Source: Octopus vulgaris
Lineage: Eukaryota
Reading direction: 5' to 3'
Assembly (NCBI GenBank): GCA_951406725.2
Contig: OX597823.1
Coordinates: forward strand, 38,316,001-38,380,000
DNA: 64,000 nt
In this document: positions 57,481-64,000 of the stretch, one piece after another
How positions within the stretch are numbered: the stretch's first letter is position 1
Layout: the number at the start of each line of letters is the position of its first letter
Program-made: the position numbers and the translations under genes
The notes under the pieces: model-generated
Told to the model about the DNA's origin: nothing
Database searches by the model: none
The model's input: the letters and a program-made list of their open reading frames with translations, nothing else

Positions 57481-58818
57481 CATGGAGGTGACATGGAGCA
57501 ACAAATAGAAACAGAAGGTTAGTTGTGGAAAAACCAGGGTAAAAAAAGATAACTGAGGGTCATTTGTTGACCAACTTCTGTTAATTGTAAAAAAAAAAAA
57601 AACCCCAAAACATGCAGGTTTGTTCTATCTGCCAGTGCTTGTCTACAAAACCACTTGAAATAAGAAAGCCAATACCAGTGAATCACATGTCTGCAGGGAC
57701 TTTTACAAATTCAACAAATTGTCTACCTAACAGATCTTTGGGGATGACTACCTAGCAGAAGAGAGTAGTGTTACTGTGTGAGGGTAAAATAATGATAGAA
57801 TTGACAGGATCCAGTACCATTGTTCAAAAGTCATAGGTGATCTCTCATGGAGAACTTGTGTTCCAACCCAACCGTTGCTGTCATCTGGAATGTGAGCAGT
57901 CACAGAGTATGGTATATTGTCTTTTTATGTATTGATATAAAGGGGACAGAGCCTTTCAGGTAGACTGCTTGATGCATACTGGTATTGGTCATAAACTTTA
58001 GCGGCAGCCACCTGGTACTGATGATACCTAAGAAACTTTTGAGTTGCAGATTGTAACTTTTTGTTCTATGTAATGCCACTGATGTCAAAGATGTATTGTG
58101 AAACGGGCTAATTAAAGCAAGTTTTGAATCCATAAGATAATTCATGACTAATAATTATACTTTTCTATGTATAATTTTCTAATTATGTTTATGACCTTAT
58201 AAATAATCCCAGAAAGACTTTTTACTTGATGTCTTTATTCAAAGCAGAACCTATATGAAAATCTCTAAAAATCAACTGTCACTAGAAAAATTAAGGTATG
58301 GCAACACAAAAGGACACTGCACACTTTTACCATGAACCTTGGGTAAAAAATTTTATTTCGTGTTCAGATAGTTAAAATAGACCATTAGTAAAATACTCAG
58401 CCATAAGGGGAAAAAAATTATTGTGACCTCTCTATAGCTTATTCCTGTTGTATTTCTCATGTAGCTACCCCTGATTTACTTCTCAGATGCTTCCTGAACT
58501 CAAAAGTGTAAACATCTGTCATATTGCTTGGTTTTATAGCTTATATATGCTGGTGCATTGTAGAAATTGTGGTTTTTGCTATCTTCCTTCTTATAAGAAA
58601 CAGATTTTCTTGAATGGCAAATTAAGTATTCCAAATGTTTCTACTACATTTACACTATAAATGTACTCAGGATAAAGCAATTGCCATGACTTTTTGAGCT
58701 TTCTCTAGTCTTCCTAGTTTAATTTAAGTTTATTCATCTTACCAATTTATGAGTTATATTAGTTTTGGATAGGTTGCGTTCTAGTGTGAAAATTCTTGAT
58801 CAAGTTGTTTGCAAGGTC

Positions 58819-58917
58819 AGATATTTTGACTCTATGTTGCTGATGTATAATAGATATTTTGACTCCATGTTGCTGATGTATAATAGATATTTTGACTCCA
58901 TGTTGCTGATGTATAAT
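58819..58917. repeat. 33-bp minisatellite x3
   Basis: agatattttgactc(t/c)atgttgctgatgtataat repeated three times. Confidence 0.95.
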
Positions 58918-61454
58918 ATGTATGTGGTATGAGGGCACATACATATCCTTTCTTAATGAATTATATCGATTGTACTTTTTTTAGAAATTATTGTACCAGA
59001 CCAAATATCATAGATGTTATTTCATAATATTCCTCTGGAAAGATTTTTGTTGCATGAAGAGATAATTGTTCAATGATTGTAAATTAAAGACAAGATATGT
59101 TTAAAAATAAGTGCTATGTATAAATGCTTGTTTACAAAGAAGTTGTGTAAAAGGCTTATTTATAATGTTGGAACAGACTGAGTGATATGTGAGTGTGATA
59201 CAGTTAACATTGAAACAAAAATAATATATAATTGTTGGCATTTTTCTTATTCGAAATTGCATTTTAAACAAACTTTTAATTGATATTGGTATGTAAACAT
59301 TATATATTATGGAATTTCTGAAAAGAACTCTGTTACAAAGAAAGTTTTTGAAAGAATTTATAATTTATTTATGAAAATAATTTCCAATTTGCTCTTGTTT
59401 CTGTTGATGAATTTTAAAATATTTTTCAATGCAGTCAACTTGAAAATTTACTCTTATTTATTTATTTTGTTTTGAAATTGCTGAAAGATAGTATAATTGG
59501 TTACATGTTTCCAATAAGTCAATCATTTCTGAAGATGAATGATAAGGGAGTGTCCATGTAACTTGTTGCAGAACAAATATCACAAAGGATTTCATGCAGT
59601 TTTTGGTCTTCTCAACGATGTTTGCATACTTTGTTGGCATAAATCAGTGAAAGCTACTAGTTCACATGCACCCCCTCTCTCTTTCACACATACACATGCA
59701 CACATGCATGCACACACACACATACAATGTACATTCATGCAATTTATTTTCTCTACTGAATCCTATTGATGAAGCATTAATTGACCTGAAGACATGATTG
59801 GATACCAACCATAACTGATTTGAATGGTACAATTAACCTATTAAATGATTTTAACAATACAGTTTACTAATTAACTTACTTTAACAATATAGGTTCCTTA
59901 TATTATGTGTTTTGTATCAAAAGTTGTACATAATTTAACTACAACTTATTGATAGTAAAAGGAGCTAAAAAGTGAAAGTAAGATTATATAAATCAAACAA
60001 AAGAAACAAGAAACACAAGGCCTTCTTGACTTTATTTTATATTGACCCACATACAAGAAAAGAATACATCACTTTTCTAGGACATTAATAATAGATTTAC
60101 TTATACATTTAAGATCTTTGTATAAATTTACTTAATCCAAAAATATTTTATCCTAGCAGTTTGCTCTTTTCTCTCCTTCACATGCAGTTTTATTATAAAA
60201 TTTAATGTTGGTTTGCCAAATTGTTTTGTTAGATTAAAATACAAACCAATATTATTTCTTAACATGCTGATTACATTGTATTAACTTTTTTTGCCAAGCA
60301 GCATGATTAAATTTTGTTGGAATGAGAATAATTGAAAAGTCTTTTATCAACCTTAGTATAATGAAATGTGGAAGTTGACTCTTACAAGATTTGAACTAAA
60401 AATTTGGAAGTTTGCAACTAAATGTTTTAGTACAGTGAAACTTTATTTCTGATTTTGGCTATTCATTTTTTGGAGAAAAAAAAGAGCATAATCTACATAA
60501 CTTATTGCAGCATTTTGTAAACTTTTTAGCCTTGAGTAACCCTTGAAATACATTACATGTTTCAGGAAACCCCTGCTTAAAAATTATGCATCTTCGTTCA
60601 TTTTTTTTTTCTATTACATTAAATAAAATTTCATAAGACAGTAAGCAAATCATAAAACTATCATTATGACTTAACTAAGTAGTTAATTAAACCAGTTTCT
60701 TCCACAATTCCATCTTTGGAGTTAATTTTTTTCTCTGTGGAGTCACCCTACTATCTACAGATGCCATTACTTACCTACCTTTAGAAATTTGCTTATATAA
60801 TAAAATTACAAGTATAGAGTTAAAGGGAAAAATTACTTTAAAATATATTTACATAAAATTAACCTGTTATGTAATTAATTATTTCTCACAAGAGCTTTTG
60901 CAATCTCTTGTTGAACTCTAACATTCTGGGGAAACCTTGGTTAAGAAATGCTGATGTATTATATAAGCTATTATCAGCTCAGTTCATCATTGTCACTTTT
61001 ACAACCTATTTGAACTATTAAGGCAACAGCTCTTTACAATCACTTTTGTACAATTTTGTATTTAACATCTTTTGAATATCTTTTTTTATCATTATTCTTT
61101 TAAAAGATTCTCCTATTGAATTTTCATGATATTGCAATATGTAATCTTTGACAAATAAGCTATTATGCTGCTTAGGATTACAGAATACAATATATTTGAA
61201 TATTTTTGATTGTGTGATCATAACTGTTTTATTAGATATACAATACGGTAATTTCAAAATAAATATATTCTTGATGTATAATTTACTCATTTATTTAGTT
61301 TATTTAAAGAAGAATGCTTAATGTTTTTTTTTAGTGATTTAAGATTTTGAAATATAGAATATTTTAATTTAAAGGACGAAACTTTTTTCAGATGTTGCTG
61401 CAATATTATTATAAATTATATTAGTATAACATATATATATATATATATACTATG

Positions 61455-61494
<40 letters not shown>

Positions 61495-61572
61495 TAGTAA
61501 TAATAATATATATGTATATATTATAATAGTACATTTCTTTCCAGCCTAATACTGGTTTTTATTTTATCATAG

Positions 61573-61605
61573 GTTTTTAAATATCCATTTCCACCATTTC
61601 TATAT
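61573..61605 (+). CDS. Candidate 33-nt symmetric micro-exon (VFKYPFPPFLY)
   Basis: Acceptor ggtttttattttatcatag|G, donor TAT|GTAAGT, open in phase 0, matching the phase-0 end of exon 49275-49438. Confidence 0.25.
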
Positions 61606-63389
61606 GTAAGTGTTAAAAATAATTTCATGTTGCTATTTCTAGTCTTTTTTTTTTTATTAGTTTTCTTCCTACTAATAAATAACATGCCTCTAGGACTGTT
61701 TTATTTGAGATTCAGACATATTGATGTGGGTGATAACTTCCATCTATGATCTTTCTGTAGAAATATTTTATTGATATAGTAGTTTCCAAGTATACATTTT
61801 TTTCAATTCAAAAATATTACAACTAAGAAATAAACTTCAGATTGATGCTCTTTAAGCAATATATTCATCATTATGATTTGAAATAAATATAATTTTAGAA
61901 TTTTCTATTTTCTATTTGAAGAACTTATATTTGTTTATGGTAGAATCAACAATTAGTTAAAGTATAAATTTAATTCATTATAATTTTATATGATGCAGAT
62001 GGATTTTATGATCTATATAACCTAATAGTTTATTTTATTAACTACTGAAGCTTAGTATCCTTATTTTGACCATAACTTTTTAAAGAAATGTTCCTTTCCA
62101 TTTACAGCATAAACAGTAAATAAAACTAGCAGTGATTGTTTATTTTGGGGTGAAAAAAAAACAAAAACAAATCAACATAACATATTACAATGTTATATAA
62201 ACTATTAATAACTCTATGTAATTTTTTTTATATTTCCTCATTAATAATTCTTACATTGAAATGATGAGTAAATTTCAGCATACAAAAGATGTGGTATAAA
62301 AAGAAAATACAAGAAATTAATGCTTTAATATTTATTTGCTGTAAGATTTTCGATTTTTGAATTTGTAATACTTCAGAAGCAGAAACAGGGGAGGAAAAAA
62401 AGCCCATTGAGTTTCCATAATCACTTTTATTATATCTTCCACTACTTTTCTAATGTTATCATTATTATCATCATCAATTTTATTATGAAAATGATTATTT
62501 TCCATGTTGGCATGGGTTGACAAGGACTTTATTTATATATTCTACTTACAATCATTAATAATCTTTTAAGATCTAATCAAACTTCTACCTTTCAGATTTC
62601 TTTCACCTAACCATAAAACTATAACAGTACCTGACATGTTCACTTTACAACCATATTTCTAGGTTCAATTCTATTTTGCATCACCTTGGTCAATTGCATA
62701 TTTATCCACTTAATAGAAATCAATAACATAAGTGTGCTGCTAAAATAAGCATTGGGATTGACTAAATACCTTGAAAGAGGTTCCCTGACTGAAACCAATT
62801 ATGAAACATCTGTATTTTATTTACCCTCTATTGCTACTCTACATTATATTATCATCCGGTATTCACCCTCAAATAGTATTATACAACAATAATTTTTCTT
62901 ATCTTCATTATTTCTTGTGCTGTTAACAAGTGTACCTTACTGGAAAAATCTGTCCATCAGTTTTTATTGTCATATTTCATTGAACAATCATACCTCATTT
63001 AATCTGTTCTTTGTAAATGAAGGAAGTTCATTTATAATAACTTTGCTCATGTTTGTTCCTCACCCCATGCACATGCTAATGTTAAGTCATTTCAATGATA
63101 CAATGATTCTACTTTCAATGATCCTTGATTATCTTATTCTTTTAATTGCATGACATATAAATTATATCTCTGTATCTCCTCTCTACCAAGTCACTGAGTT
63201 TATGCTTCCTGTTTCACATACTAAATAGGGAAATTTCTTTTCTTTCTTTCTTTTCATAACTTAGTTGATGTTTGAAAGTACCATCTATAAATACATATCT
63301 TAAAATTTGAAATCCTTGGATTTCAAATTTATTCTGTAGTTCCTGTGTTGACATTTCTTTGCAATGTTTCAAGTATTAGGCCAAATATA

Positions 63390-63702
63390 GACCCATGCAG
63401 CATCACATAAAAGCACCTGTGCAGTATCACATAAAAGCACCCATGTAGCATCACATAAAGCATCCGTGTAGCGCCATGTAAAAGTACCCATGTGGCATCA
63501 CATACCCATACAGTGCCATGTGAAAGCACCCAGCACACTCTGTAAAGTGGTTGGCATTAGAAAGGGCATCCAGCCATAGAAATAATGTCAAATCAGACTG
63601 GAGTCTGGTGCGCCCCCCCCCCCCCAGCTTGCCAGCTCTGGTCACACTGTTCAACCCATGCCAGCATGAACAATGGACATTAAATGATGATGATGATGAT
63701 GT
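63390..63702 (+). mobile_element. RTE-tail repeat with ~23-bp tandem subrepeats
   Basis: acccatgcagcatcacataaaagc-like units followed by the common tail and (GAT)n. Confidence 0.8.
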
Positions 63703-64000
63703 GGAACCTACTACGTTGATACAAATCTATTAAAACTCTTGTTGTTTTGTACCAAGTCTTTCCTAATGGAGAAAATCTGTGATTAAAGGAATTCTAGCCA
63801 TGACTATCTCATCTTTCTATGTAACAAGGACTTCATTGTCCAATGTATTGTTCTTATTTTAAAACTCTAGGGTGTGATTTGAGAGAGATTTCACTTGTTA
63901 TTTCTAGCTATCCAAGTAACTGTGTAGAGGCTCTCTTGATGGCTCAATTAAGACTTTGATTTACTGTACTATAAACTGCTATAGAATTAAAGAATTGTTT

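Noticed and set aside
58819-58917. 33-bp direct repeats as a possible CRISPR array
   Set aside because: Head-to-tail with no spacers, in a eukaryotic context with no cas genes; it is a minisatellite.

Overview
AT-rich, microsatellite-dense eukaryotic DNA. The SINE and RTE-tail families and the (TA)n/(CA)n/(GA)n load resemble a coleoid cephalopod (octopus-like) genome; this is an inference. The window seems to hold a CpG-retaining promoter region (~2-6.6 kb), a non-coding first exon (donor at 3734/3735), a ~45.5-kb repeat-filled intron, and a first coding exon at 49275-49438 (MSLTDSVEDK...SESET; gene not identifiable). A divergent gene may start on the minus strand near 1.7-2.4 kb. Nearly all long ORFs are transposon-derived: Tc1, mariner and maT-like DDE/D remnants, two tail-to-tail CR1-type LINE copies sharing one frameshift, RTE 3' fragments, an L1/Tx1 fragment, a Penelope-like RT/GIY-YIG ORF, non-autonomous Helitrons, tRNA-derived SINEs, and an ORF1/gag-only element. 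The least obvious signal is a set of minimal type-I hammerhead-ribozyme motifs with palindromic helix III, several with non-canonical cores (CCGA/CGGA instead of CUGA), in Penelope-like terminal-repeat remnants and often next to long inverted repeats. Most short ORFs in the track are microsatellite translations or antisense shadows. All calls are by eye; no searches were run.
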